Assembly (NCBI RefSeq): GCF_023055435.1
Contig: NW_025963891.1
Coordinates: 19,344,001 to 19,408,000 of the forward strand
DNA from: Haliotis rufescens
Taxonomy: Eukaryota
DNA length: 64,000 bases
Direction of reading: 5' to 3'
Shown: piece after piece, positions 46,801 through 60,495 of the stretch
How positions within the stretch are numbered: position 1 is the first letter of the stretch
Layout: each line of letters opens with the position of its first letter
The notes under the pieces: model-generated
Database searches by the model: none
Seen by the model: the letters and a program-made list of their open reading frames with translations, nothing else
Told to the model about the DNA's origin: nothing
Program-made: the position numbers and the translations under genes

Positions 46801-49485
46801 CTGCATTGCCAATGAGTTTATTGCGTCTTGACCTGACATTCCAGTGTTCGATATTGTGAGCAACGATCCAGGGTACTATGACACACAAACAACTAAGTCC
46901 CACAGCTTCAGAAACCGATCCATAAAGTTGTTTCTTATAATCGACATGGGTTGTCTAGTGGTACCTAGTATGTGGTCTAGTGGATAAAGCGTCTGTCCGG
47001 AAAGCGGAGAGGTCAATGGTCGTGCCAATAGATGTTACAAAATGGTACTTGTCAGCCTGCTTAGTGCTCGGCATCAAGGGATGCCTGACACTGAGCATCA
47101 TTACTCCTGCCTTGCAACGGCTGCATGTAAATAGTTTATGTATATATTTCCGGACATTTAGTAGATGAAGCCGAGAGGATTTTATCCTTTCATGAGCTGA
47201 AATCCGAAGCCTTACCCATCGCATGACATCTCGTTTAGGATTCTGCACACAGGGGCAATATTATCAGGGGAAACATTTTATCATACTATGAAGTGTTAAT
47301 GCTTTTTTTCGGAAGTGTGAGATAAAATATGTCGTTCTGTAATTGATATTTGCAATAGCATCTTAATGATTGAAACAGTTACACATTGTTATTCTGATAG
47401 CAATTGTCTTGCGCGTGCGAAATTTAGAAGGCGCCAGTCGTATCCCATTCTGTCATGCTCCTCGAGCATTGAGTTCGAGCCACCGGCTTTCATTAGAAAT
47501 GTGTACATAGATATTCATCAGTTTAAAGTATTTTTAAGTACAAAAGCAAAGTTGGATAAAGCATTTAACAGAGCGGTCTTTGTCCTTTACAAAATATAAG
47601 GTTAGTTTTAGAGTTAAGCCAATCTCATGGGTTTCACCAAAGTCGCAAATATCTACGAACTGCATCAATTTGGGGCTTCTCCCAACAGTAATCTCACACG
47701 TCGTTATATAACCGAAATATTGGCACTCCTTGCCCAATGATGTACTTGAAGCGTTGTTGTCTGTTAGACTACATTTTATGTACTCCAATTATGTATTCTT
47801 TCAACCATGGAAACTAAGTGTTTAAACCGATGGGTTGCAATGATAATGGTCTACATGGAGCATCGAAAACAAAAGTAAAGAAGTACTTGCCGTATAAGGT
47901 AACATCCCCTGGCAATTTGTATTCAAACACTTTCTGGTTATTGGACACAAATGAGAAATGACGTGTGTCATGAACCCCGTCTAACTGGCCAATTGGCATC
48001 TGCCAGTTTTACCCATTTACACTCTCGTTAATTCCATTGTGACCCCTCGACAGTTCATCAACAGCGAATCTGGACAATGTTATACACAAGGTACATTGTA
48101 TGTTGTTTGAATATAAGTTATCAGAGGTGATGGAGCAGTCTAGTGGTTAAAGTATTCGTTCATCACACCGAAGGCCTGGGTTCGATTCCCGAAATGGGTA
48201 CAATGTTCGGAACCCATTTCTAGTGTCCCCATCGTGATATTGCTGGTATATTTCTAACATGCGGCGCAAAACAATAGTCAGTCACTTCAGGTTATCGGCT
48301 TTTCACTTGCTGTGAGGTGAGGTGAAATTGGGTTTAACGTCGCGTCCAAGATTATTGCACTTATATAGCGACGTGCATGCACGTGTATGTGTGTGTTTGT
48401 GGCTGCTTGTACTAGTCCGGACTGATGCCGATTTATAGTGCTAGCACACTAAGATACCATGCCGCAGTTTAACATGAATACCCCACTCAGACACAGTATA
48501 CTGACTCCGAGCCGACCAGTCCTTGTTTTAGCCCCTTAATGCCGAGCGCCAGACAGGGTAACAACAAGTACAATCTTTTTTCCTCTTTTTGTATGACGCG
48601 GCCCGGGATCGAACCCTGGACCTTCCGCTCTCCGGGCGGACGCTCTACCACAAGACCACGGAGGCGGTCCACTTGCTGTGAATTTGAAAACGCATGAGGA
48701 CTGGATGTGCCTTGTTTGCTTTGTGATCACTGAGAGCATTATATATCGATATCGATTGTACATGGTTTAGCTCTCCTGATTTGTAGCCATTTTTGCTGAA
48801 GAATACAGAAAAATGAGTCAACGTTGGGTATTTTGCTTCAAAAATAACATTTAAATTACAGAGCTCGACTCATGACAGTATTGTCCTTCAAACAGAATGA
48901 GGGTTGCGGGTTAGAATAGATCCCAAACAACCTATACTTGTACACGGCGACTAAATAGTGCTCGACTGATTGTATTCTAACGTATCCCGACGACAAAGAC
49001 GTTTCTTTCAATAGCAAAGATTCGCTTTATTCTCCAGGTCGTTGCCCTTTGGCTTGAATTGTTGCTGATTGTGGCTTTAAACAAACACACAAACAGATAC
49101 ACTACATCGGAATGTGCAGGCAATATGGCTGACGGTGTGATAATTCGGGATCATGATGTAAAAGTTTCACAGGGCTCACCATAAATGTCCTCCACATTTC
49201 ATACATTTTCAATACACTTTCTCAGTGATCCGCCAACAGATACCTTTCCATGCTAGTTTACAGAAACATTCAGAAACTTTGATTTTTCCTCTGAGATCTA
49301 TATTGGTTGCTTCCCTTCATTAATCTTGCACAAGACTGATCAGTGTCATGCATATTCACATGCATAGTCATTGTGTCGCAACTTTCGTTCACAGAGGTTA
49401 TCGTGTCAATGAGGTTAGATGAGGTCAAGGTTATATGTGTAATGATAACCAAATATAATCCAACTGAATGTGGTGATGCGCTCAT
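43865..49485 (-). pseudogene. GPCR pseudogene X, copy 3 (most complete ectodomain, 7TM deleted)
   Basis: MSASPHSVGLYLVIITHITLTSS at 49485; SMB-like remnant 'PCET/HHDPELSHRQPYCLH'; 'YSNNIQCTLC'; 'QLCPSEKWQ*APGKC*ILKCP' (45323-45385); 'GENEIRV' near 43905. Confidence 0.55.
48316..48669 (-). mobile_element. Full-length V-SINE-like element (family B)
   Basis: TSD cacttgctgtga at 48304 and 48670; empty site near 29235-29246. Confidence 0.95.
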
Positions 49486-50149
49486 GTGACCAGGGAGAGC
49501 TGTTTTTGTTGAAGGCATTTGTTGCCTCTTCGCTTTCGTATTTTCCTATACATACATCACCGGCCGCATCTATGATTTAAAAGCAAAAACGTTGTTGAGT
49601 AAAATAGTGACACCTACAACACTTGACGCATTACAAATACCAAGTAAAACTAGTGCCACTGCAAATATATGACTTTGATACTGTGAAGGTACAGTTTAAA
49701 ATGTCAACAAAGATTGTCATGGTTACTCAACGGAAGTTGCTGTCCGCATTGATATCTTATTAGATTCGTTGATCGTCTTGGTATATTCGAATCTTCCGCG
49801 CCATCTGGAGAATAAAATGACAGTATTCAGTAAATCCATGGCTTAAAACTTCATATTAATTAAGTTCAAAAACAAAATTGTATTCTGAAATTAGATAATA
49901 CACATATACATGAAGACATCTCAACGAGTTTTAGGTCGTGATTCGCAGTTTGCACGTACATGTTTGTGTGTTTGTTGCAAGCTAGATACTCACACACGTG
50001 GTTTGTGAACGTGAACAGCAGACACGGAATTTTTAGCTGTCAGGTGCTCACAAAAACACTTTTCTTTAACCGTAAATAACGCTTACGCAATGGCACGACT
50101 TTTAAGCGCCATGGGTATGCTGCAAACTTGAAAGTTACAAAACGATTCG

Positions 50150-50650
50150 GAAGTTACCGTCTCTTTGGAGACGACATCTACAGCAGGACAACACTCATGT
50201 CTTGCCACGGCCGGTCGTCCACATGTCACGTCACGTAAACACAACAGCCACATTCGGTTGGTGCACCTATGGGGTAGATACCAAACTTCCATACGCTCAC
50301 TTTTGCTTCCACGTCACCATCAAGCACTCCTAGCTTGGTGTAGACAGCACCTGAGGTTCAGACGACAAGACTGATACAGTATGCTGTTCACAGATGAGTC
50401 CAGATTCTTGCTTGACTCAACGGCGTCAGTTTAGGACCGAAAGTGTAATGGTATGGGGTGGCATCACAACTAATGTGAGAACGCAACTCATCATTGGTTA
50501 TGGCAATGTGAATGATGTACGCTACCGGGACGACCTCGTTCGTGATCATTGTTGCAATTTGTGCAAATACCGGGACTTGTCACGTTATAGCAGGATAATT
50601 CCCTCTCAGATGTTGCCTGTACTGTACTGGCCGGCTTTCAATGCTCTGAG
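50150..50650 (+). mobile_element. Tc1/mariner relic (unit 3)
   Basis: 'GRPHVTSR', 'HHQALLAWCRQHL', 'LFTDES', 'VMVWGGIT', 'RYRDD'. Confidence 0.9.
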
Positions 50651-50769
50651 GACGTGGACCTACAAAAACGGAGACCACACGTGGTATTTTTACAAATCAC
50701 GCTTGTCAGTGCTTGGATTCATCTTATACCACATGCATGTTGAAATTACCTTTCAAGATATGATTCCAC

Positions 50770-51188
50770 TTTATCATCAAAAACTGGCTCCCACAGGGGA
50801 TATCACTTGTGTGAGATCAAGCGATATCTACATTGTAGATATCGCTGCAATGAAATTGCATCACAATGCTTTGCAGACCATTGTGACATCATTGTTACCA
50901 TGACGTCACAATCAAATGACATCACTCATGGCTCTGCTGCTGCAGCTGTTAACAGTACTTTTTTACACTTAAGACACTGCTTATTACTGTCTTCAAACTG
51001 AAAAAAGTTGGAAGAATGATGTTGGATGATAAATAAAATCTCACCCCCGTGTCTTTTGAGATCAAATATATCGGCACTCGTTGATAAAAATGAAAAAAAT
51101 CCTCGGCAAGCCTCGGACTATTTCCACTTTTATCAACTCGTGTTGATATATTTGATATCAAAAGACACTTGGGTGAGATTCTCTATTT
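50770..51188. mobile_element. Palindromic non-autonomous element (Crypton-like or MITE)
   Basis: ~70-bp inverted arms within 51028-51188 around cctcggcaagcctcgg; perfect hairpin gcgatatctaca-t-tgtagatatcgc at 50821-50845; absent at the paralogue near 19715. Confidence 0.65.
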
Positions 51189-52569
51189 CACTGATTCCGT
51201 TATATAATGTTATACAAAGAGAATATACAATTGAATTGACGCATTATCTGATCTCAGGTAACACATGCACATCATTGTTCTGTACATTGTTTACCCAACC
51301 GCCATTGTGCATGGAGATGTCGAGGAGCAGTAAGTCGAATCAGAAACTTTCTTTCTTTCCTAAATAATCTGAAACAGGAAGCAAAAACAGGACCAAATAT
51401 AAAAGTCCTTTTTCATTTGCGATACATAAGTGCGAGCGCCGTTTAATTCATTTGGCCTTTGAAATAAATCGATTGCTTTGACGAACGCATCAAAATCTAT
51501 GGGATATAAATACTTGTATCAACGTCACGTGACAGAAATGCTTAAAAAAGAGAGTTATATAACTGTTATATTCTGATAAAAAGGTAAACTTCAATGAACA
51601 TTATTATTTGCATTTACGTAATTAGAAAAGCAAGAGTAATTGTTAATCACAACTATAAAGAACCACTTAAGAAATTCAGAAGCTATTCAATAAGCACTGC
51701 CATTTTGAAGATTTATGTTTTCATAAACGAAACGTTTGATATGTGAATTTCTTAGAACAAAATTCGAAATGCATTATTTACAGCGTCTTCCTTTATCATA
51801 AAGATAATTATACGATTCTAATCCACGCAACCTACTGTTTACATGACCTTATAGGTGGAACATCCTGCTAAAGTAGTGTGTATGTTCCAAGTCATAGTTT
51901 ATGTTTGGTGAAACAGCCTCCTGATAAAAAGGTTAGTGCTAATGTTCCCTGTACACCTGCTAAGAACCAGCTTTTGTGTTCGATGCAATTCTCTATTTTT
52001 CACTTGTACCATTATGATCCCGTGTTTTTAGGTAAACAATTGATTCGCCTTTGCATGCGTTTGTGACGGATGCCATCGATGGAGCGAACACCTGGTATCA
52101 TCACTATTTGAAAGAGATTCATAAACACATGCTCATGATATAGGCGGAATCGTACAATCGACAATTTCTAATGTGAATATGGAAAGGGTTTTAATGTATC
52201 AATCCATATGTGGTGAACATGCTTTCATCTTCATTTCTGAAGATATTATAGTTTTAGCATGTTGTTCATGAATCTTATGAAATAACAAATTCAAGATATT
52301 ACAATGCTTTCCCTGTTGGTTGTTCAGTCGAACCTCACTGCAGTTGTACATGTAAAGTACAATGTACTTGTGTGTTCCCTCCTCAAGCACAACATCAGGC
52401 GGTTACATAGGTACAGCCTTCTCCATGTCTCTAGCAACGTCACGGGGCTGGATGGTTTTAGAGCTGTAGAAACCATTTCTTGATCACTTGTACTTGTAGA
52501 TCCTGCAAACACCTGCAGTCATACTTGACTGAGACCTGCATCACTTCGGGCTTTTCTCCCATATTTTTT

Positions 52570-52815
52570 ATTTGTTTGTTTGTTGTTTAACGCCGTACTC
52601 CACAATATCCCAGCTATATGACGGCGGTCTTTCAATAATCGAATGTGGATCGGACAATCCAGTGATTGATATCACGAGCATCGATCCACGCAATTGGGAT
52701 ATGATGGACATGCATCAACTAAGTCAGCGAGCCTGACCACCTGACCCCGTTAGTCGCCTTTTACGACAAGCATGGGTTGCTGAAGAACAATTCTAACCCA
52801 GATCTTCAAGGGTCC
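52570..52815 (-). mobile_element. SINE family A nested in a family D SINE
   Basis: Full reverse copy splitting ttttctccc/acattaagctg. Confidence 0.9.
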
Positions 52816-54019
52816 CTCCAACATTAAGCTGACAAGCTGTGATATTACTAGAATACTGTTAAAAGCAGCGTTGAAGCCAACTCACTTACACTGTTGGACG
52901 AAAACCGTCTACCGTACCGTTTCCCCTATATCGGTAACAGTTAACTTAAAATGGTCTTTTCATTTTAACTTTAGTTTATCGTATATTGATCGAATGCATT
53001 ACCGAAGCACATCAATCGTATGCCACGAATTCATGACAACTGGGCACGCTTTTATACGTGTTTATCTGGTCAAACAATTTGTTCAATAAACACGATAAGA
53101 GGTTCTTTCAAATCCTCCAGTGTTTGCATAAAATTTACATTTCGACATTAGCGTTTGAAACCTCCACGTCTGACGTCTATTACCTTCCATTAAACATAAT
53201 TCAAATACTAGTATTTTCTCCGCCACCACGAACAGGTCTGTTGTTTGTGTCGTCAACGCGGCTGCCTTTTAATCTTATTCAAGGCAAATGTGTTACGTTA
53301 CATGAACACGTGTCTTATTTCCATTTATTCAAAACATTCCTGGGTAACGATTTCTGCTCCTATAGAATTCAGGGTTGTTGTGCCCTCGGGGAACAGGAGC
53401 ATTTGACATTCCCCAATGTCATATAATACATCGGATGTTTCATTGAACTAATCATTTTTGAAAATGTTTAATGCTGCTTTTATTATAAATTATATAGCCA
53501 ATGCACTAGGTTATAACTGGTCACTAAAGATCGACCTTTTCTTAAAATATGATGTAGAGTCCGGGCAGCATATATAGAATAGAATATAACGCAGTAGATG
53601 TGTATAGATGTATAAGTTTTAATGTTCTGATTCCCGTCGAGATCCCAGGTTGAGGTTTAGCATCGCGTTCAAGATTATTCCATATTAAGAGTGAAGTGCA
53701 CGCACGCATGTGTGCGTGTCTGTGTGAGTGTTTAAATCCTTTTTAGCATCCTGGAATACTGTTGGAGCAGCGTTAAATCCGATTCACTCACTCACGTCTA
53801 TAAGCATACTTACAAAGTTAAGGAGAACCTGGTTATATTGAAAGGTTTGTCAGCAGCATACCTGTGCACGTAGGTTTCACAAAAGTGGGAATTAAATGTC
53901 TGAGGCCTGCCTCACTTCGGAGTTTCCTCTTGAATCAAGCTCACACGCCATAATGTAACTGGAATACTATTCAAAGCTTCGGTAAACGAAACTCGTTTAC
54001 CTACACTCCTTGGCAAACT

Positions 54020-54178
54020 ACAGGCTGGCTGACTTGGTCGAAGCATGTCATCGATTCCAATTGCGTGGATCGATGCTCGTGATATATATCACTGAATTGT
54101 CTGGTCCAGACTCGATTATTTACAGACCGCCGTCATATAGCTGGAAAAATGCTGCGTAAAACAAACCAACCAACCAAC
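54020..54178 (+). mobile_element. SINE family A, 5'-truncated
   Basis: Flanked by ccttggcaa repeats; 3' body matches the family. Confidence 0.85.
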
Positions 54179-54789
54179 CTTGGCAAGATAGGTGTCCCTT
54201 TTTGAGATCGGAAATCATTCAAAGTTTGATTAAATTTAAGAATTATTGAAAAAGGGATGAGGAGTTTACGGAGAATCAATTACGCATTGCATATGTAATG
54301 TTAACCCTTATGTAAACTGTCAACTTGAAAAAAAGATGAATTAAGGATAGTTTTGTTGTAGCACATAAAAAATATGTATTGGCACAGTAACACAAGTCAC
54401 AGTGACATGCACGTAAGATTTAACAAGCTTTGGAAGACATCAATAATGTTCTGAAAGTGCAGTAACAAGGTCTGCCTTGATGATCTTTGGCATTTGTTGA
54501 AGCATCTTGCACAATGTTAGTACATTATTCACTTTCTTCGCGACCAACTCCAAACTTCTTTTTTGTCCAGAACACAGACGGTGGCATGATTAAATAACGT
54601 AGCTTAAGATTCCAGTAACATGAAAGCCCTAGTCGTGAGTGCATGAACGTATGTCCATCCCTGACGTCCACTGTGAATAGTGCATTGTGAATAGATCTTC
54701 AGTGATCGAGTGCAGCGGCTTTACCAAAACTTTAACTGCTAAAAAAATCCAACTGGTTCACTTACACAACTAAAAATGTGTAGGTTTCT

Positions 54790-54980
54790 GTTTTCCGGAA
54801 ACCTTCCGACTTTGAATCCGGCCCGGATACCTTTCGTAAACATTCCGAAAACCTTCCAAAAAATTGTCATATTTTTTGTTCATTTAGAAAGGTGAAACAC
54901 ATACAAAATATTTGAAACTTACCAAGAAAATATAAGATTGCTGAAGGTATCCGGAATGTTTCCGGCAGGTATCCGGACAC
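54790..54980. repeat. Imperfect inverted repeat (MITE-like)
   Basis: ccggatacctttcgtaaacattccgaaaaccttc pairs with gaaggtatccggaatgtttccggcaggtatccgg. Confidence 0.6.
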
Positions 54981-57900
54981 ACTTTTTTTCTTGCCTTGTT
55001 TCTAGTAAATAATGTTAGTCTGGGCATATCAGATAGCTGTTGTTATATTCTGTGTTACTTCAGTTGTAAATATCCCCCTAAGGCAGAGATCTATTGGTAT
55101 GTACTTTTAGAGAAGATAACTTTTCAATTTCATATATTGTTCTTTTAGATGTTAAGTGTATTTAATGAACAAACATCAGTTGTAGTATTAAATTTCATGC
55201 TCAGATTTACAGTTTGAAAAAAAGAAAAAAAATAGTCATCAACTATGTGCTCATTTGGGTCTCCGGCCCTTGTGAGATGATAATAAGAGTATTTGTAACG
55301 GTACAAGTACTTGTTATATCTGGACATACTAGATTCATTCAAGTCTGCCCAACCCTAAGGGTGACATGTACCGATTTCTAAGGCCACTTATGATGGCCTT
55401 AGGCAGAATAATATGTAACAATGAAAATATGGCATATGCTACTCATTGAAATTATGTCACTGTGACATGTAACCACTGCTCATATACGTGTATTCAAAGT
55501 AATATAACAAGTAGATGCTTAACACTTCATAAATTTCTCCAGAAATAGGCATTTTAGTGACAATGGAAGAAATACGTTATAAATAACCTTCACTATTGCT
55601 TTGACCTTACACGTCAATCCTTCATGAGTTATCACTTTTGAGTGTATAACCTTGAGTGTGAATTTGACTTTCAATACCTTTATATAGAACATTTCAATGA
55701 GCTATCCATCACATTTTGTGGAATTTAACGTTAAATTGACAAAAATATGAAAATGATATAACCACTATATGTATAAGAGTTACCAAGACTTTAGCAGAAA
55801 AAGGCAATTCAGAGAAAAATATAGTATATGTAGGTCACGTACGACCTTTATCCAACTTCGACCCTTCCCAAAAGAAGAGTTAGGCCACAAACAAACTTTT
55901 TGTCTGGCTATGACTTTGACCTTTGACATAACAGATGAAGGTGTCACCAGACTTTCACTGAGCTAAGGAAACATATGTTATTCCTGAGCTGCCCAAGCAA
56001 TGCATGGTTTCATAAGATAAGTGTGGCTATCAAACTGAGACAAACTCATGAAACATCCCCATTTACACAGCAGGCTAATGAAACATAAACAACAAACAAA
56101 TTATCAACTTCTTTTATTCATAAATGCTTGTATCAGACATTGAACAGTGTTCACATGATGGTTCCTGATGCAGTATGCAATTTCCTCCTCATTTTCAATA
56201 CTCATAACAGAGCGTGATAACTGTTCTCTTGAAAGCACCTACGGACAACGCTCACCAGTTCAGAGTTACTTTCCCGTAAATCTCCTTTTCCTTCTATATT
56301 GCCATGGAAGAACAGGAACCAGGATGAGGGGAGGCCAGATGGGCTCTATCCCTGCTGCATTGTGTTAGTAGATTTGTGAATTTTCCATTTGGTCTTTGGG
56401 TCCACATTGAAGGACAATAGGTCCTATTTATCATTCCTTTCAAGGTTTTACCACATGACTCAAGACAACAATTTCTTGGACGTCCTTGAAGGGTCCCACT
56501 CCAGCGTGGCATTGGTTGGTCTTCTCCCAAGAGCCAGACCAGCCTTTGTGAGTGTTTCCCAGTACCACTTGGCATACAACTTCTCGGTCGGCCTCCGCTG
56601 AATTAACAAGATCCTCCCCATGGCTGTCTGCCAATCACCTCTGATATCTGGAGGGGTGCACTTTCTGTTAAGGACTCCCCCGTCTTGTCTCCCTCAATCT
56701 GAAGTACTCATCCAGGGATCTCAAGCGGAACTTCAGTTTCTGCAGAATTAAAGATTGTAGCAATCAAAAAGAATTGTTGCCACATGTACTTACAGATAGA
56801 AGGCAGCAAATTCACTTAAGTTATCAGAAGTGAGTCTTGTTATATACCAAACATTTAAGACAAATATTTTTTTATGTTGATGAGTTGAAACAATCATTAA
56901 ATGACATCTCTTAAAATAGGTTCCTAGCAACATATGCTTGCCATACAAGCCAAATTAATAGATCAGATAGTTAGTAGATCGCATAATCGAGGCGAACCTG
57001 GATTCGAACTCATGACCATAGGTTTCTGCTATGCCATATGAACATGATGACACAAACAAAATAATTTCAAAATATTTATAAATCACTGCTGCTCTTCTCT
57101 TGTTCCTCATTGCTTTTCTACTGTGGTCTTCTTTCTTTCCATTGATTCTGCGCAGATGACTGTCTCTTTTATTCACCCAGACATTCTACGAACATAGTTA
57201 GCATTTACATTACAGAAATGTCCAAACTGTACACGTTGTACATTTGAATCAATTGAACTCCAGAACTGACTCCAGTTGTAATTCAGATTTAGAATTGCCC
57301 TTATTAAAAAGAAATTACGTCCAATATTCAGAGATAACATTTATCCTTATATAAACAAATGTCAAAACAATTTTCGACAACAAAGTCAGGGTCATTCAGC
57401 ACATACTTTGCATAGGGAATCCCTTGTTCAACAATGCAAAAAGATCCTCACCAAGGTTAAAGTCATTCCATGAATTATTGCTAAATATTGTTGAAACGCA
57501 GACTAATGCAATGCAGTATTTACTTATAAGTTAAATACACCGACATAAACAACAAACACCATTGTACTTGATTATTATTTTCAAAATCAATAAAAAAAGT
57601 GTCACATATTGAATAAGTGGGTACATTAGTGCCACAGTTTGACAAGAATTGTTTTCACCTATGCTAGTCCTAGATTGACAGAAGATTGGTTGATATTATG
57701 TCATGTATACCCGACGAGGTAGATCATTGATAAGAATACCGGCGGGGTGTCTGGAATAGAATTGATGGAAACTTAATTTATCGGGTGGTCAGACTCAGTT
57801 GTCATTATACCCTGAGGGCATGGATCTTTACTGATAATAACAATCACTAGATTGTCTGGTTCGGGCTAAGTTATTTACAGGCCGCCATCACAGAGCTGGA

Positions 57901-58297
57901 ATATTGTAAGTGTGATGTTTCACATAGCATTGACATATACCATGTTGAATGAAGTTTGAAATTATCACACACAAAAATACTCACTCAGTACTCATCCTCC
58001 TTGAGGATGTCAGTGAACCTCCCCACAGCGCTCAACATGCTGAAACAGAAAACAGCTAACTTGTCTTATTCCTTTCAAAGTGTCAGTGTGAACTTGTTAA
58101 AGATTGATAAGCTGTCATTATTCATTGTAATCCATATCTCACTTGCTTGAAAAAGAATGTCAACACAAGTATGGGTTCTTTTTGCTAGTTACATGTCATG
58201 CATTCCAATGTACAGTTATGTGACTTTTGATACTCCAGTGTATTGTTCGTGAAAACAATTCAAACGAACTAAACATCCATGCTAGTCACATCCATGC

Positions 58298-59810
58298 ATT
58301 AGAACATAAAATTAGAACGTTTAATCAAGTCTTTGATAGGCATTTAGAAGTTGGAAGAACATGAAGACATAACTTATTATGGATAAAAACCTCAAACTTG
58401 TTTGTAAGGATACTCTTTGCCAATGTTTTCTTTCGTGAAGACAGCAAATGTAAGATCCATGCTTCGATCATCCCCCCCGAAACACAGTTGCCATTTTGAA
58501 GTCGGAAATACATGCATAAAAAAATGCAACGTTTAATGACAAAAACTTCACTTTTGTTTGCAACTTTTCATGGCTATTTCTTGCCCACTCATCATTTACT
58601 CGATAAAGGGTCTATAGTAAAACTGACATGTTTTATGTCTTCAGAAAAAGGAAAAAAAGAGGCAAAATGATAGTTATAATACAATGACCTTGTAACGAAA
58701 ATTTGTACTTGCATTATTGATATGCTGGTCTTAAGATGTACTGTTTGTCTGTTTGAAGGTGAGTAACAGTAACATGGTATCTTGCTTAAAAAAGCTTGGC
58801 AACCAAACTATGGAACTTACATGGAACATGTACCAGAAGGGTCTACTTATTCCTAAACTGACGGGAGAAAGACGTGTTACAAAACACAATATAATATCTT
58901 CTGAAAAGTCTACAAAGTTATTCAAAACAGTATAGTCTCATTTTGAGGGCAGATCACGTTTTATGTGTACACAATTTTTAATAATTGTCACAGATAATGA
59001 CGTCACAGGCACAATTATGAAGGCTAGGTCAAGTGTTCAATATTATTGTTGGCACTGGACGAAGTGCCTGCTTGATATATCCTTGTCTGAGATTGGCTTC
59101 GTAAATGATATGTTAAGAGGTCACAACGGATTACTCACATAGAACATAAGATTAGAACGTTTAATCAAGTCTTTGATAAGCATTTAGAAGTTGGAAGAAC
59201 ATGAAGACATAACTTATTATGGATAACAACCTCAAAATTGTTTGTAACGACGTAACAGGTCAACTCTTTGCCAATGTTTTCTTTCGTGAAGACAGCAAAT
59301 GTAACATCCATGCTAGAGATAGGTTTCGATCATCCCCCCAAAACACAGTTGCCATTTTGCAGTCGGAAATACATGCATGACAAAAAATTCACTTTTGTTT
59401 GCAATTGTTCATGGCTATTTCTTGTCCATTCATCATTCACTCGATGAAAGGTCGAAAGTAAGCCTGAACTGTTTCATGTCGCTGGAAACAGTAACACAGC
59501 GCAAGAAAGGCGAAGATTTTTGTACTTGTATTATTGGAGTACTGGTCTTAAAATGTGCTGCTTGTCTGTTTGAATGTGAGTAACTGTAACACAAGTATAG
59601 TCATAAAAAGCATGACAACCAAACTGTGTGTCCACTAATTCCCTAAAGGAAAGGGGGAAAGGGGTAAGTAATGATACAAAACACAACATAGTATCTTTCT
59701 GAAGATATTCAAAGCTATTCAAAACAAAATAGTTTCATTTTAAAGGCACATCATTACATAATATTTACACAGGCATAATTGTGAAGGTGGAGTCAAGTGT
59801 TCAATATTCC
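58298..59810 (-). pseudogene. Two diverged tandem copies (~840-bp period) of a further GPCR-ectodomain fragment
   Basis: 58298-59060 matches 59140-59810; motifs 'FRLQNGNCV' and 'RPVLQ*YKYKNL'. The duplication is certain; the GPCR identity is inferred. Confidence 0.45.
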
Positions 59811-59888
59811 AGCAAGTAGTTAGTCTCCTCACACACAATGAATTGATCTTGAAGAGATGGAATCACACTGATCAGTCAATAACGCGTG

Positions 59889-60495
59889 GACCCGTGAAGA
59901 TCCGGGGTAGAATTGATCTTCAGCAACCCATGCTTGCCGGAACAGGCGACTATGCTTGTTGTAAGATGCGACTAACGGGATCGGGTGGTCAGGCTCGCTG
60001 ATTTGGTTGATGCATGTCATCGACCCCAATTGCATAGATCGATGCTCATGGTATCAATCACTGGATTGTCTGGTCCAGACTCGATTATTTACAGACCGCC
60101 GTCATATAGCTGGAATATTGCTAAGTGCGACGTTAAACAACAAACAAACAAAACAATAACGCGCGTGTCCTCCATTTGCACGTAAACATGGGACCTGTGA
60201 AGATTCCGGGGTAGAATAGGTCTTCAGCAACCCATGCTTGCCGTCAAAGGTGACTATGCTTGTCGTAAGAGGCGACTAACGGGGTCGGGTGGTCAGGCTC
60301 GCTGATTTGGTTGATGCATGTCATCGATCCCAATTGCATAGATCGATGCTCATGGTATCAATCACTGGATTGTCTGGTCCAGACTCGATTATTTACAGAC
60401 CGCCGTCATGTAGCTGGAATATTACTAAGTGCGGCGTTAAATAACAAACAAACAAAACAATAACGCGCGTGTCCTCCATTTGCACGTAAACATGG
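59889..60495 (+). mobile_element. Head-to-tail dimer of SINE family A, each copy followed by the same ~40-bp flank
   Basis: Copies 59889-60155 and 60192-60460; aataacgcgcgtgtcctccatttgcacgtaaacatgg follows both. Confidence 0.93.

Larger units (their letters stand above)
51800..54760 (-). pseudogene. GPCR pseudogene Y, copy 3 (extends further towards the N-terminus)
   Basis: 'LYDIGECQMLLFPEG' (53381-53426) fits a G-x-C-x2-L-x-C-P-x-G ectodomain motif; collinear with 21190-23530; possible SMB remnant near 54600-54740. Confidence 0.5.

Noticed and set aside
47534-47999. VERL/ZP-N egg-coat repeat similarity of gene X pieces
   Set aside because: Only vague Cys/aromatic spacing; no tandem ZP-N repeats, and collinear 7TM motifs point to a GPCR
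53370-53405. Acyltransferase motif LLFPEGT
   Set aside because: Not conserved in the two paralogous copies, no HxxxxD context, and better explained as the G-x-C-x2-L-x-C-P-x-G ectodomain motif
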